DNA of 64,000 nt from Octopus vulgaris (Eukaryota): the NCBI GenBank assembly GCA_951406725.2, contig OX597823.1, positions 68,882,001 through 68,946,000 on the forward strand, in the 5' to 3' direction. The translations under genes and the position numbers were made by a program. The notes below the pieces were generated by a model. That model did not search any database. It saw only the letters and a list, made by a program, of their open reading frames with translations, and was not told the origin of the DNA. The stretch's first letter is position 1. The number at the start of each line of letters is the position of its first letter. Positions 52,051 to 64,000 of the stretch are shown here, one piece after another.

Positions 52051-53747
52051 AAATATTTTCAAGATCCACTGGTCCCACTCCCAAACTATATGGTAGTTAT
52101 ATTGATGACTGTTTCGGTGCAACCTCACTCTCCCATGAACAACTAGACTCCTTCCTCTCTTTTATCCAATTCTTCCATCTTGCCCTTCAATTCTCCTGCA
52201 CTATTTCCAACACTTCCGTCACCTTTCTCAACATTTCAGTCAACATACACAACTCCACTCTCACTACCTCTATCCACTACAAACACACCAACTCACACTC
52301 ATACCACAACCTTCCCTTCTCCCACCCTACCCACATCAATCCCCTACTCCCAGTTCCTCCATCTGTGCAGGCTCTGCAGTGACAACCATGCCTTTGAGAC
52401 TCAGCCACAAATCATAGCTTGCCACTTCATCCTTCGTGGATATCTCCCTCACCACTATCCACATGGCCCTTGTCAGAGCACGATCCAGGGACCATGCCTT
52501 TGCTCTCTCTCCCTGTACCCACCCCACTGTTGCCCGTCTCCCATTTCCCCTCACCTACCACTTCTCCTCCCTGCTCCTCCAATGTACCATTCTCTGAGCC
52601 TTTCAGTAACTTCAGGCCAAGCCCTCCACTTAGCACATCTTCTCCAACCTACTCCTTCCCTCCTTCAAACAAGCCCACAACCTACGTGACCTCCTGGTCC
52701 ACAGTTTCTTCCCTAACCCTACCTTCTAATCTGACTCATTCCCCTGCTCCTGCCCTGCTGTTGCACTTGCCCCTACTTCTCCAACACCACCATCCTCACA
52801 GGCTCCCATCATCATCCCTATCATATCATTGACTCACTTACCTGCACTTGTAGCAATGTCATTTACTGCATCTCCTGCTCTTTTTGCTTTTCTCTGTACA
52901 TTGGTCAAATGGGATACTGCTTAGCTGACCTGTTTATGGAACACCTCTGAGACATTAGACTTGGCAATGACACCCCCAGTCTTGCATCATTTCCGCTCTA
53001 CTGGTCATTTACTGTCTGTGTTTGGATTGTCTTTGCACAGGGGCCAACCAGACTTTAGCCATCACCATTAATCTTCTCTCTTTGCTACTTTGCACCACAT
53101 AGGCTCAACTCCCCTCTCCTCTTCATCTGACTTCCCTCCTCTCTTCTCTTCATCTGACACCTACTTTCTCTCTTCACTCCTACCACCTTCTGTTTCCTTT
53201 GATACCCCCTCCATCCACATCCCACCCCATACATCCTACCCCTACCCCAAACCTTCACCCCACAGTCACATTCCCGCACTACCACACCATACCACACCAC
53301 ACACCACATCACCCCACCCCACCCCACTCCACATACACTAGCATTGACCACTTTCCAGCATCCACACACTCACATATTACAGATGTACAAAAACTTACAT
53401 ACGCACACATCAAAGTCACTAGCCCCTATCCACATGCACACACTTACTCTCACATACACACATGCATGTGTACCTTCATTTTAAGATCATCAGTACTATA
53501 TTATCGCCCCTTCTTCCTAGCTCCCCTATCCAATTACTTTTTTCCAACCAGTCACCATGATTGACTGCTAAATTCACAAGTTTTTCTTTTTATTCTCTCT
53601 CTGTTTATTTCATCGTGTTCCTTTCTCTTGAAGAGTGTAGGCTTGAAATGTAAAAGACTTTCTCACCTTCCTGAGCATCAAACTAATACACCTGCTTGTT
53701 GTTTACACACCTGTCTTCAGCTTTTATTTTTCTGGAAATTTCAACTA

Positions 53748-53750
<3 letters not shown>
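52050..53750 (+). mobile_element. Penelope-like retroelement, 5'-truncated: RT C-half, GIY-YIG endonuclease, pLTR
   Basis: YGSYIDDCFG, VTFLNISV, TSIHYKHTNSHSY, SIPYSQFL.L.RLCS; NVIYCISC..C..LYIGQ..EH (GIY-YIG, about 52855-52950); pLTR with decayed hammerhead at 53621-53657; ends at (TA)n. Confidence 0.9.
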
Positions 53751-53807
<57 letters not shown>

Positions 53808-54379
53808 CACACACACATACACATTTGCACATATCTAACAGAATTTTGGGAAAAAGTTTTTCTTCGTAGATATTTCACAGTATTTGAAAAACTTCAAAAT
53901 TATTAATTACCTAAAAAGAAAAAAAAACAGTCTTTAGAAAAACAGATTAAAATAGACCTGAAGGAAAGATGTTTTTATTTAAGCACTTTCCCTGCTTTCA
54001 ACTACACATGTTAAAACATAATCCTTGCAGTAGCAATTATTTTCTCGCATGCTTTTTGGTATTTTCAATTTAGCAGCAGACTGCATAACTTTACAAGATA
54101 TTCTACTTTTGTCATTCTTAATTCATCATTTCCTTTTTTCATTTTGATGAAAAATGGAATATTATAAATTTCTCATTCACCTAAACGTGTAGATGTTCCC
54201 TATTTGGAATATCACTAACAAATGATTTGCTTTTTATGAAACCTGAGTTGGTCCATTAATCTTGTTCCTGTTTCACCTATATAGTTCTCACTGCATTGTG
54301 GATATGTGATGCAGCAAGTGAGAGCTTTTGTTTTGTTCATCTCAATTTGCATTAATCTAAGTGCTTTCCCATTATGATT

Positions 54380-54600
54380 TATCTTTTATTTGTTTCAGTC
54401 ATTTGACCGTGGCCATGCTAGGGCATCACCTGGAAGGGTTTTAGTCGAACAAATTGACCCTAGAACTTAGCTTTTTTTAAGGCTAGTACTTATTCTACCA
54501 TTTTCTTTTGCTGAACCACTAAGTTACAGGGACACAAACACACCATCACTGGTTGTCTAAAGGGAGAAGGGAACAAACTCAGGTACAAAGACACACACAT
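54380..54600 (-). mobile_element. SINE family A 3' half
   Basis: Family consensus match. Confidence 0.78.
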
Positions 54601-54653
54601 GCATGCACACATACATACATACACTCCTTTGTGTGTGCGTGTGTCTCTTTCTT

Positions 54654-54709
<56 letters not shown>

Positions 54710-55557
54710 CACACACACATATATATGTATTCTTGTTTGTGTAAGTAAGTATATATATTACTATATCTTCTTTATGCCATTGCAAGCAATATATTGCTTG
54801 ATAATATAGAAATATACCTACTCTTTTATTTATATCAAATAGAAATTTTGTAACTTGCAGATAACTAACTGATAATATTTGTATGTATGTTTGTATGTAT
54901 GTATCTATGTCACTTGTATATTTAATTATTTAAAGTCTTCTTATAAGGAAGTAGATAATTTCTAATAAAGATATGAAGCCCCATCAGTGAAATGTAGATA
55001 ACAAAAAAAATACAGTGTCACATTTTGAACTTGAGAAAAGTCTTTTATGGTTTTACTGTCTGCTTACAGATTGTATTTGTGATGTGCGAGTTAGCTAATT
55101 GATTTCTCTTTCCGAAAAACACTAGCTTTTCCAGATTGTCAGTTGGGTATTTACTAATAAAACCAAGCGTACCGATTATTATTGATATTAATGTGAACTT
55201 ATAATCTGGGTAAAGAAGCTAAAGTTTTTGAAGTAGTTGTCTGTATTTATCCTTTATCTCTTTAATTTTCAAAAAGATATTCACATCAACAGGACAGCTG
55301 ACCTCTATGATGGTACATACGTTTACTTCTCTGCCCCCAAAACAATATTTGAACTGTTATGTTTGCAATAGGTACAAGTCTTGATGGGAATCTTCCATCA
55401 ATATTCCTTATGTTGATGTTTATATACGTATTCATTTGGAAAGGGATTCTCTGTGGCATTGTACTTTAATTTAGCAACACATCATGCCCTGCTCAGAATA
55501 TTCACAACTGTCTGATGATCAGTTATGTGAAATTCTCTCTCTCTCTCTCTCTCTCTC

Positions 55558-55588
<31 letters not shown>

Positions 55589-56103
55589 GCAACAGGTTGT
55601 AGCATGGTCGGGTCGTCGGCGACTAAACTGGCAACCCCACCAACCTTGCTTGGGGAGGAGGGTGTTTATTGGACACCCCGCGGGATGAAAGACAAAACCC
55701 GTCAAAGGGCGGAGGAACTCTTGAGAGTCAACGACCATCCAATAAATGTCTTAAGGCTGTATCATGTGTGGGGACATAGAAATAATCGGACTGAATACCC
55801 GATTGCACAGTTAAACCATTGGGAGTGAAGGACTCCTAGCCTTTGTTAGGGCATCCTTCTAGGAGCAGGTAACTCAGGTAACTGGGATAACTCTGACATA
55901 AAACCTGCAGCTCAGTGGTTACCGATGATGTTGACTTGTTCTTCTTTTCGGATTATGGCTGCTGTTGCTTAGTGTGTGGGATTGACTTAGTGCACAGCCT
56001 TTCCTCACTTTAAAAAAAAATCTTCTTGCACAGGCATTGCATGATAACAACATTGATTAAGCTTCGTGCAATGGCCATACTCAATAACGAGAGGGCAGCC
56101 ACC
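55589..56103 (+). mobile_element. GC-rich ~515-bp insert in (TA)n resembling an RTE 5' UTR
   Basis: Flanked by (TA)n on both sides; ttagggcatccttctaggagcaggtaactc...tgacataaaacc resembles a motif I recall from RTE 5' UTRs. Confidence 0.5.
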
Positions 56104-56170
56104 ATATATATATATATATATCTGTCTATCTATCTATTTATTTATCTATCTATCTGTATATCTATGTATT

Positions 56171-56201
<31 letters not shown>

Positions 56202-56299
56202 CTTATTTATATCTATATGTATAAGCTTATATAGTATACTGTTCCATGAAGGTATGATCACCAAAAAAGTACTCTATCTTATGAGAGATAATTATTGTC

Positions 56300-56552
56300 T
56301 AATGAACATAGTATATATTTTTATGAGCACCTAGTAATTTCATGTGATGAAAAAACACAGACACCATTTTATAACCATGTTCACGTGGTATATGCAAGCT
56401 AAAGCAGGACATCTTGTTTTGGCTTGTATACACCATATGAGCATAGCTTGAAGATTGCATGAAGGCACCAGATGTATTATAAAATGCTTTCTGTGTTGTT
56501 TTCATCACATGAAACTATTAGTAACTCATAAAAATATATACTATGTTCATTA
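56300..56552. repeat. Imperfect ~250-bp foldback (MITE-like)
   Basis: aatgaacatagtatatatttttatgag...catgtgatgaaaa mirrors ttttcatcacatg...ctcataaaaatatatactatgttcatt; inner hairpin at 56378-56443. Confidence 0.75.
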
Positions 56553-56682
56553 AACTATATGTATGTATGTATGTATGTGTATACACACACTCACATACAT
56601 ACACACAAGCATGTATATGGATGCACACACACACACACACACACTCACATACACACATATATAACTATCTATCTATCAAGGC

Positions 56683-56731
56683 TGACAGACAGACAGACGG
56701 ACGGATGGATAGATGGATGGATGGATGGATG

Positions 56732-56777
<46 letters not shown>

Positions 56778-56809
56778 CAGGTGGATGGATAGATAGATGG
56801 ATGGATAGG

Positions 56810-56843
<34 letters not shown>

Positions 56844-56850
56844 GGCAGGC

Positions 56851-56945
<95 letters not shown>

Positions 56946-56980
56946 CTGATAGATAGACAGATAGATAGACTGACAGACAT
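56683..56980. repeat. (GACA/GATG/GATA)n tetranucleotide block
   Basis: Directly visible. Confidence 0.95.
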
Positions 56981-57519
56981 ATCTAAATGGAATTATTCAC
57001 TACTTCTGCAGCAATATCGTATCTGGCCTTAAAAAAACATAGACAGAATTAAAGAATCTAAGATAATCTTAATATTGAATCTTTTTTTAGTACCTTATCA
57101 ATAACAGAGTCACAATAGACATTGAGTTTTATTGTATTTTTAATTACAACTTTTTTCTTCATTAGATATATTCAACATATTTCTGTCATGCATCTATGCA
57201 TACTAATGCATTTCTGCTGGACATGTCCATGCCTTAATTCTAATTCATTGAAACATGAATATTATTGTGTATTGATTACTGTGATGTATAGATGATGGTG
57301 GTGTTGATGTTATAGAAAGAGGAGGAGGAAGAAGGTAATAGAGATTTGGATTGCATTAGATCATTCTGATGACTGAGGCGTTGGTAATGGTGGCGATGAT
57401 GGTGATGTGATGGGGATGGTGGCAGCTTTTTTGCGTGTGTGGAGAGAGAGAGAGAGAGAAGGAGATAGAGAGGGAGAGTGCCACAACTGATGATGAAAAT
57501 AGGGGTGGTGCAGTTAACA

Positions 57520-57592
57520 GAGATGATGGTGATGGTGATGAGGATGACAATGATGGGAATGATGACAATGATGGAAATGATGGTGATGATAG

Positions 57593-57623
<31 letters not shown>

Positions 57624-57683
57624 AACGCTGTTGCCGCTGATGATGATGATGACGATGACGATGATGATGATGATGATGATGAT
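57520..57683. repeat. (GAT)n trinucleotide-rich block
   Basis: Directly visible. Confidence 0.9.
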
Positions 57684-58034
57684 CTTGCTTTATATATGCA
57701 TCAATGTTTGCCTAAGATCATAATGCCAAAATATCAATGCACATCAGTTTATAATCTTTGAAGGAAGTTTGACTTAGACAATTTGTATTTGTGTTCGTGT
57801 GTGTGTGTGTCTTGTGTCTGTATTTATTTGTATATGTGTGCACTTGTATGCATTGGTAATTCTGAGAATACACAATCATATAAAATAACACAGTTATGTA
57901 GCTAGACCAATATAGAAATATGTATATAGACATATATACACAGACACAAGAGACATAAAACAAAGAAGGGAGAGGAAAGGTAAGAAAATATTTATACAAA
58001 GCCCAAATATATCCAAATATTTATTCATGTTCAT

Positions 58035-58072
<38 letters not shown>

Positions 58073-58327
58073 TAATACATTATATATATACATACATACA
58101 TAAATATATATGTGTGTATGCACTTGTATATCATATATAACTACCTACATACACACATACATATATATGTGGATATGAATATATTATATATGTATATAAA
58201 TATATATATATATGTATGCATGTATGTACATACATATCCAGAATTATTTAGTTTATGTGTATGCTCATTTTAATGTATATGTGTGTGTGTGTATATATGT
58301 GTGTGTGTGTATATATGTATGTATGTG

Positions 58328-58399
<72 letters not shown>

Positions 58400-60379
58400 T
58401 ATGCATATATAAGTATATATATATACATATGTACGCATTTTGTAACCATGTCCATAAATAATTACTAAAAGAAGAGAAGAATATGAACAGGAGCACTCTA
58501 TAAGAAACACCACACAGCACTAGTAACATACTATTACAGATATATCAATACCAGTACACCAATATAAATGTATACAGGCAGACACAACAGTATAAACATA
58601 CTAATAAACACACCTATTGTATCATACTGTTAACAATGCACATATAACAAATAAAGTTAACTGAGTTTGTTTCTGACTAGCAAACATAAAACTTCATTAG
58701 TCATACCTGGCTGAGTGACATTGCAATATTGAATGTAAAGTACTTTTTTTTGTTGTTGTTTCATTCTTCTTCCTATCCTTCATAACTTCTGACTATAATT
58801 TTCTTTTATTTTTGAAATTTTCTGATGAGCCACAAAATTAAGATGGTGAAACAAACTTTCAATATTTTTCTTTTGTCTTTTCATTTGGTTTTTTTTTTTT
58901 GTTATTTTTTTTTTGTTATTCGAAAGACTGTATTAAACTCAAACTCTATAGGGAAGATAATGAGGTTTAAAGATTAGTCAAGGCAAAAATTTTTGGTTAG
59001 AATTATTGAGATGATTCCCATGGTTGAATTGTTATCTCTTCTCAAAGCCAATATAAATGATGGTAGAAAACAAAAACTAGATCTAAAACTAAACAAAGAA
59101 AAGGAAAAGTGAAACAAATACATAAAGAATAGAATAAAAGTAAAAATATACAATCTTCTAAAATTTACTTATGGATAATGTAAGGTATCTATAAACCTAG
59201 GTTTTAGTAGAAAAACAAATCACTGAGGATAATTACTCAGACATGCCATCTGCAAAAATAAAAAGAAGCAAAGTAGAAAAAGCAATAGTCAAGTTTGTAT
59301 TATATTTATCATAGCGAGCATTAAATACCTATTGTTTTAATAGTATTTGGTTTCACAGTCATTGATGTTGTATTTGTTGATCTTATCTTTGCTTTCCATA
59401 TTGTTACTGAGTTCACAGTGTACTAGCGAGCCACTGGAATGTCCGAGGCTTGGCTTTATATCTCATTTGAAACCATTGTGTTCTGTACACGCCAAAGATA
59501 TTTAGTGATTTCACAATTAATAGCTAAACCCATCTGGCTGAAACGGTAGGTTCTAACAGGTCATATAGGTCATAAATATAAGAAGTAGCAGTGGTAATAT
59601 AAAATAGATATGTGCTTTATTAGTTTACAGTGTTTAGTCAAAGACAAATAGAAGCTACTTTAATGTTCCAGATTCTAATGACTTATATGGCATAAAATAA
59701 AGAAATGAACTTTTTGTGCTTGCATCTGCTTAATTTCAAAAATATAAAAAACAAGTAAGCTACTGTAAGTATGTGCTTGAGTACACACACAAACACACAC
59801 ACTCACGTATACACAATATTGAATAGTGTTAATGCTTATGGTATACAAATTAGTAGTTCCAGCTCACTATAGCAACTGGATTTCTTGAGTATATAAACAG
59901 GTTGGCAGCATGCATCTTTAAGATTGATCAGATTTATGTAAACTGCTCTGATGATAGTCCAATAATATTCAAAAGCTGATTAAGGCAGTTCATCAATTTT
60001 TCAGGCAATGGAGAAAGAGTTAAATATCTCCTGTTAATATATTTCTAAATAGGTTATAAATATCTATGTAAACAGAAATGAGCTAAGAGAAATAATTCAA
60101 AGTAGCCAGTATCATGTATTTGAACAAGATACACAAATACCAGTATGTTAACTACCATACAACGAAGATTCTCGGTTTATTAAATCAAGGACAATAAACT
60201 TATCTTTTTTCTTAATGGCATATCAGATTTTGGAGAAATATTTGAATCTGGAGTTTTCCCCCCTCTCAATTATAATATATTCCTGTAGGAGTGGAGATAA
60301 TTTTAATAAATGAAGAATTTTCATTGTATGATATTTGACATATCAGTGCTTCTATCTCTCTTTCTCTCTCTCTCTCTCT

Positions 60380-60556
60380 CTCGTTTTTTTCTCTCCTTGT
60401 ATCTCTCCTTGTTTTTTTTCTGTGTCCCTTTCTGTAGAAGAGCGTAGGCTCGAAACATAAAAGACTTTTTCTATTCCTGAGCGTTATACTAATATGTCTG
60501 TTTGTTTTGTACACCACCTGTCTTCGTCTTTTGGCTTTTTCATAAACTCTCCCTAT
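60380..60556 (+). mobile_element. Penelope-like solo pseudo-LTR with hammerhead-like motif, abutting a short TA-rich tract
   Basis: cttt-CTGTAGA-A-GAGC-gtag-GCTC-GAAAC-ATA-aaag at 60428-60463; homologous to 53580-53750. Confidence 0.78.
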
Positions 60557-60794
60557 ATACATATATATATGTAGTCATATTTGTAGTTAAAAGAATAAAC
60601 TATCTTTGGCTGCTATTTCTAAATTTTCGGCATGTGGTGAAGCAACTTGTTGCTAATCCCTTAATTATATTTAATTATATATAAAAACAACTTTTTGTAC
60701 ATGTTTTTACCGATAAGGGTTTTTTCCATACTGAAACTACCTGGTAAAATTTATTAATTATCAAATTAATAGTTCTTTACCCTTTATCTATATA

Positions 60795-60830
<36 letters not shown>

Positions 60831-61164
60831 CAAACACAGCTTGGCACAAATATTTCGGTAATTTCCACGACCTGGTGGTCTACTGGTGCAAATCAGTCAA
60901 TGTTGTTGACTGTATTTTAGTTAAAGCTATAGCTTTAATGTGTGTCCAGAGTTGCCTCTCTCAGGTATTTCCCATTGATAATGGCTAAAGAGCAAGAAAT
61001 GTTGATGTTTGGGAATCCTGATAGGAAGCAACACTGAGCAGATTTGGTGTTTTACAACTTTTTACTATATGAATGAAATTTTCTCCACAGTAACTGCAGT
61101 GAATTTGCCTTTTAGCAGTTGAAATATGTGGTAAACATATCTCAGCAAACCTAAACTTTGCATA

Positions 61165-61210
<46 letters not shown>

Positions 61211-61519
61211 GGCAAAAAGCGAAAGTGAAAGCAGCATGGAAGTATATTTAAAAATTCTTTTTACTTTTTGTTTTCCTTTAATTGGACACGATAAATAATT
61301 TTATATTTGTTACATTAAGTTACTTTTTTTTATAAAATATTATATAATATAATGTATGTCCATTTTATCAAATATTAAAAATTATTGTTAAAGTTTAGGA
61401 AATAAGAAGAAACCGGAAATTAAAACAGTTTTTTCTTACATTCTGTGCATAGTTAAGAAAATGTTCTTAACTAAGCACCAAATACAAGAACAAACTGTTT
61501 TAATATCCAATTTTTTCTT

Positions 61520-61910
61520 TAATCTTTTGCTTGTTTCAGTCTTCAGGTTGCAGCCATGCTGTAGTACCACATTGAAGAAGTTTAGTTGAACAAATTAACC
61601 ACAGAATATATATATATATTTTTAAGGTTTGTACTTATTCTATTTGTTTCTTTTGCTGTAAACACATCAACATCAGTTGTCAAGCAATGGTGGGGGACAA
61701 ACACAGACACAAAGACAAACACAGACACAAAGACAAATACACACACACACACATAAACATAAATGACAGGCTTTTTACAGTTTCCATCTACCAAATTTAC
61801 TCACAAAGCTTTGGTCGGCCTGTGGTTGTAGTAGAAGATACTTGCCCAAGGTACCATGCTGTGGGAGAGAACCAAGAACCATGTAGTTGAGAAGCAAGTT
61901 TCTTACCATA
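61520..61910 (-). mobile_element. SINE family A
   Basis: Family consensus match. Confidence 0.82.
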
Positions 61911-62163
61911 CCGTCAAATTTTTCTTCCTTCCTAATTCTTGACTTTGGATTTTTAATATTTGATAAGATAGTCGCACTCATCAAAACTGGTAATATTTTA
62001 TAAAACTCACTTAATGAAACGAATATAAAAATACTTATCCTGTCCGATTAAAGGTAAAAAAAAGTAAAAAGAATTTTAAACACACTTTTGTGCTGTTTCC
62101 ACTTTTACTTTTTACCTATAACCTTTGATTTGTCTGGATTCTTAACCCCTTTTCAACTATGTA

Positions 62164-62215
<52 letters not shown>

Positions 62216-62240
62216 ATTTATACACATGTTTGTGCACACT

Positions 62241-62274
<34 letters not shown>

Positions 62275-62869
62275 CCATATACCGCAGAATCTTCCAAAAC
62301 TAGACACCAATATCTAAGCGTTATCTAAGCATAATAAGATTATCTCTGAAGGAAAACAACCAATATAAATGTAGCTAATCTCCACAAACCACGAATCCAC
62401 AAATGCTTTCCACTTTACTTGAATGAAGGACAACTCAGAATAACCAGACTAAGATCTGAAAATCCACAAACAAGCATAACAAATATGTATTTTTATCATC
62501 AGTCGCCACACACACACATATCATTCTTCGCAACACATTGGTATATATATATGTGTGTGTGTGTATAAATATATATATGTGTGTGTGTACATGTGTGTAT
62601 ATATATATATATGTATGTATATATATGTGTGTGTGCATGTGTGTGTATATATATGTGTGTGTGTGTGTATGTGTGTGTGTGTGTTTGTATGATTTTTCTT
62701 TGAGTTTAAGCTTTTCTAGAGAGAGTTCAAGTGGTTGCTAACAAAGCGACAAGACTTCTTGAGTTAAGACAGTTCCCAGTGTTTGTAAACATGTGGTTGA
62801 GTTGGTGTATTGGTTAAACTTTTGATGTATACACCCAAGTGTGTGCATCAATTCACATAAGGATCTCGC

Positions 62870-63445
62870 ATGGAGAATTTTTGGAATGTCTTACAAATCT
62901 CCTCTGAGCCACTAATAGATTGTATTTTGAGAATCCATGTCAGTTTTCTTTTGTTCTTTTTCCATGAATCCAAGTATTTGTAGGTTTTTGTACAAATTTG
63001 TTGGTACATAACTTAATGCACCTATGATGAGGTTTCATAGTCAGGGTACAAGAGCTGTAAGTTCTGCATTAATTCACCATAAATCTCTTTACCTGAACTT
63101 TTGGTTGTACATTCACATTCTTTGGGTAGCTGACCTCTAAAACAGTGCACGACATTTGTTCCCTATCCTACAGAATAATATCAGATCTGTTATGCTTACA
63201 CAGAATTGATGTTTTTATTGAGGTGTTCCACTAATATTTCCTGTTTTTAAAGTTGTGAATACCTAATGATTCTGATATGCTTTTGATGTATGCATCAGGG
63301 CAGACCTTCCTATGGATAGCATTGTGAACAGTCTTTGCAACTACATCGTGCTTCAGGGACAGTCAATATCTCATAGACATTTTGAGGCAGCTGCTAATGT
63401 GGTGAGTGATATCGTCTACTCTGGAATAGCAGAGCTAACAGCTTT
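62870..63445 (-). pseudogene. Decayed 3' end of a second REL-endonuclease non-LTR element (R4/NeSL-like)
   Basis: Manual minus-strand translation: LCYSRVDDITHHISSCLKMS..KHDVVAK (zinc knuckle and RHD), KHNRSDIIL*DR..CTVLEVSYP, IYGELMQNLQLLYPDY, IIGALSYVP. Confidence 0.75.
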
Positions 63446-64000
63446 TATCACAACATATATACATATGTATGTATATATGTATGTGTATATATATATGTGT
63501 GTGTGTGTGTGTGTATGTATATATACATGTATATATATTGTATGGAGGTATGATGATATATATGTGTAGTAAGCAAAGAAATAAAGTTGATGGTATTACA
63601 TTTATTAATCTGGTTACGATTGTTTCAATAATTAGTGAAATTGTTTCATTAATTAACATGCTGAATTATAAAAATATAAAAAGGATCAATCCCTACAATA
63701 CTAAATGCAAGTTCCACTAATTGTCTCTTCAGACTGGCTATAAGAGTCATACTAGAGTACACAGCTGAATTTTATTAAATAAATATGAGACAGGGAAAGA
63801 TTTAGAAGATAGTTATAAATTAAATAGCAAGTTATCACACTATCAGAGAAACACTCAAGTAGTTTAGGGACTATGAAGACATACTGCCCTATTAGTTCTC
63901 ATTCATTCGATCGATTTGTAGTGGACGCGTGGATGTATTAATAAATACATATGTAAGAATTAGCACTTCCTTCTCTAAGCTTGGATTCAAAATCAAATCC

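Noticed and set aside
55620-55670. Twister ribozyme in the RTE-like insert
   Set aside because: Has a TAA, a hairpin and GGAGGG, but P2 pairing and the conserved loop-4 sequence could not be formed

Overview
AT-rich, microsatellite-saturated eukaryotic intergenic or intronic DNA. It is very probably an octopus (cephalopod) genome; this is inferred from the SINE/LINE repertoire, not proven. No host protein-coding exon can be supported, and most listed ORFs are microsatellite translations. The window is a mosaic of mobile DNA. It holds about 30 SINE copies from three tRNA-derived families, RTE and CR1 LINE fragments, and a young 5'-truncated R4/Dong element (RT, zinc knuckle, REL endonuclease) sitting in a (TAA)n tract, plus a second decayed REL-type element. 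It also holds Tc1 and mariner relics, hAT, piggyBac and mariner MITEs, Helitron/Helentron pieces and Penelope-like elements (PLEs). The most notable signal is a set of minimal type-I hammerhead-ribozyme motifs from several unrelated families, many next to (TA)n tracts. The clearest case is a 739-bp nested palindrome (28880-29618) centred on (TA)n that carries four hammerhead units, two on each strand. It is followed by a short inverted copy of a PLE junction located 5.2 kb away.
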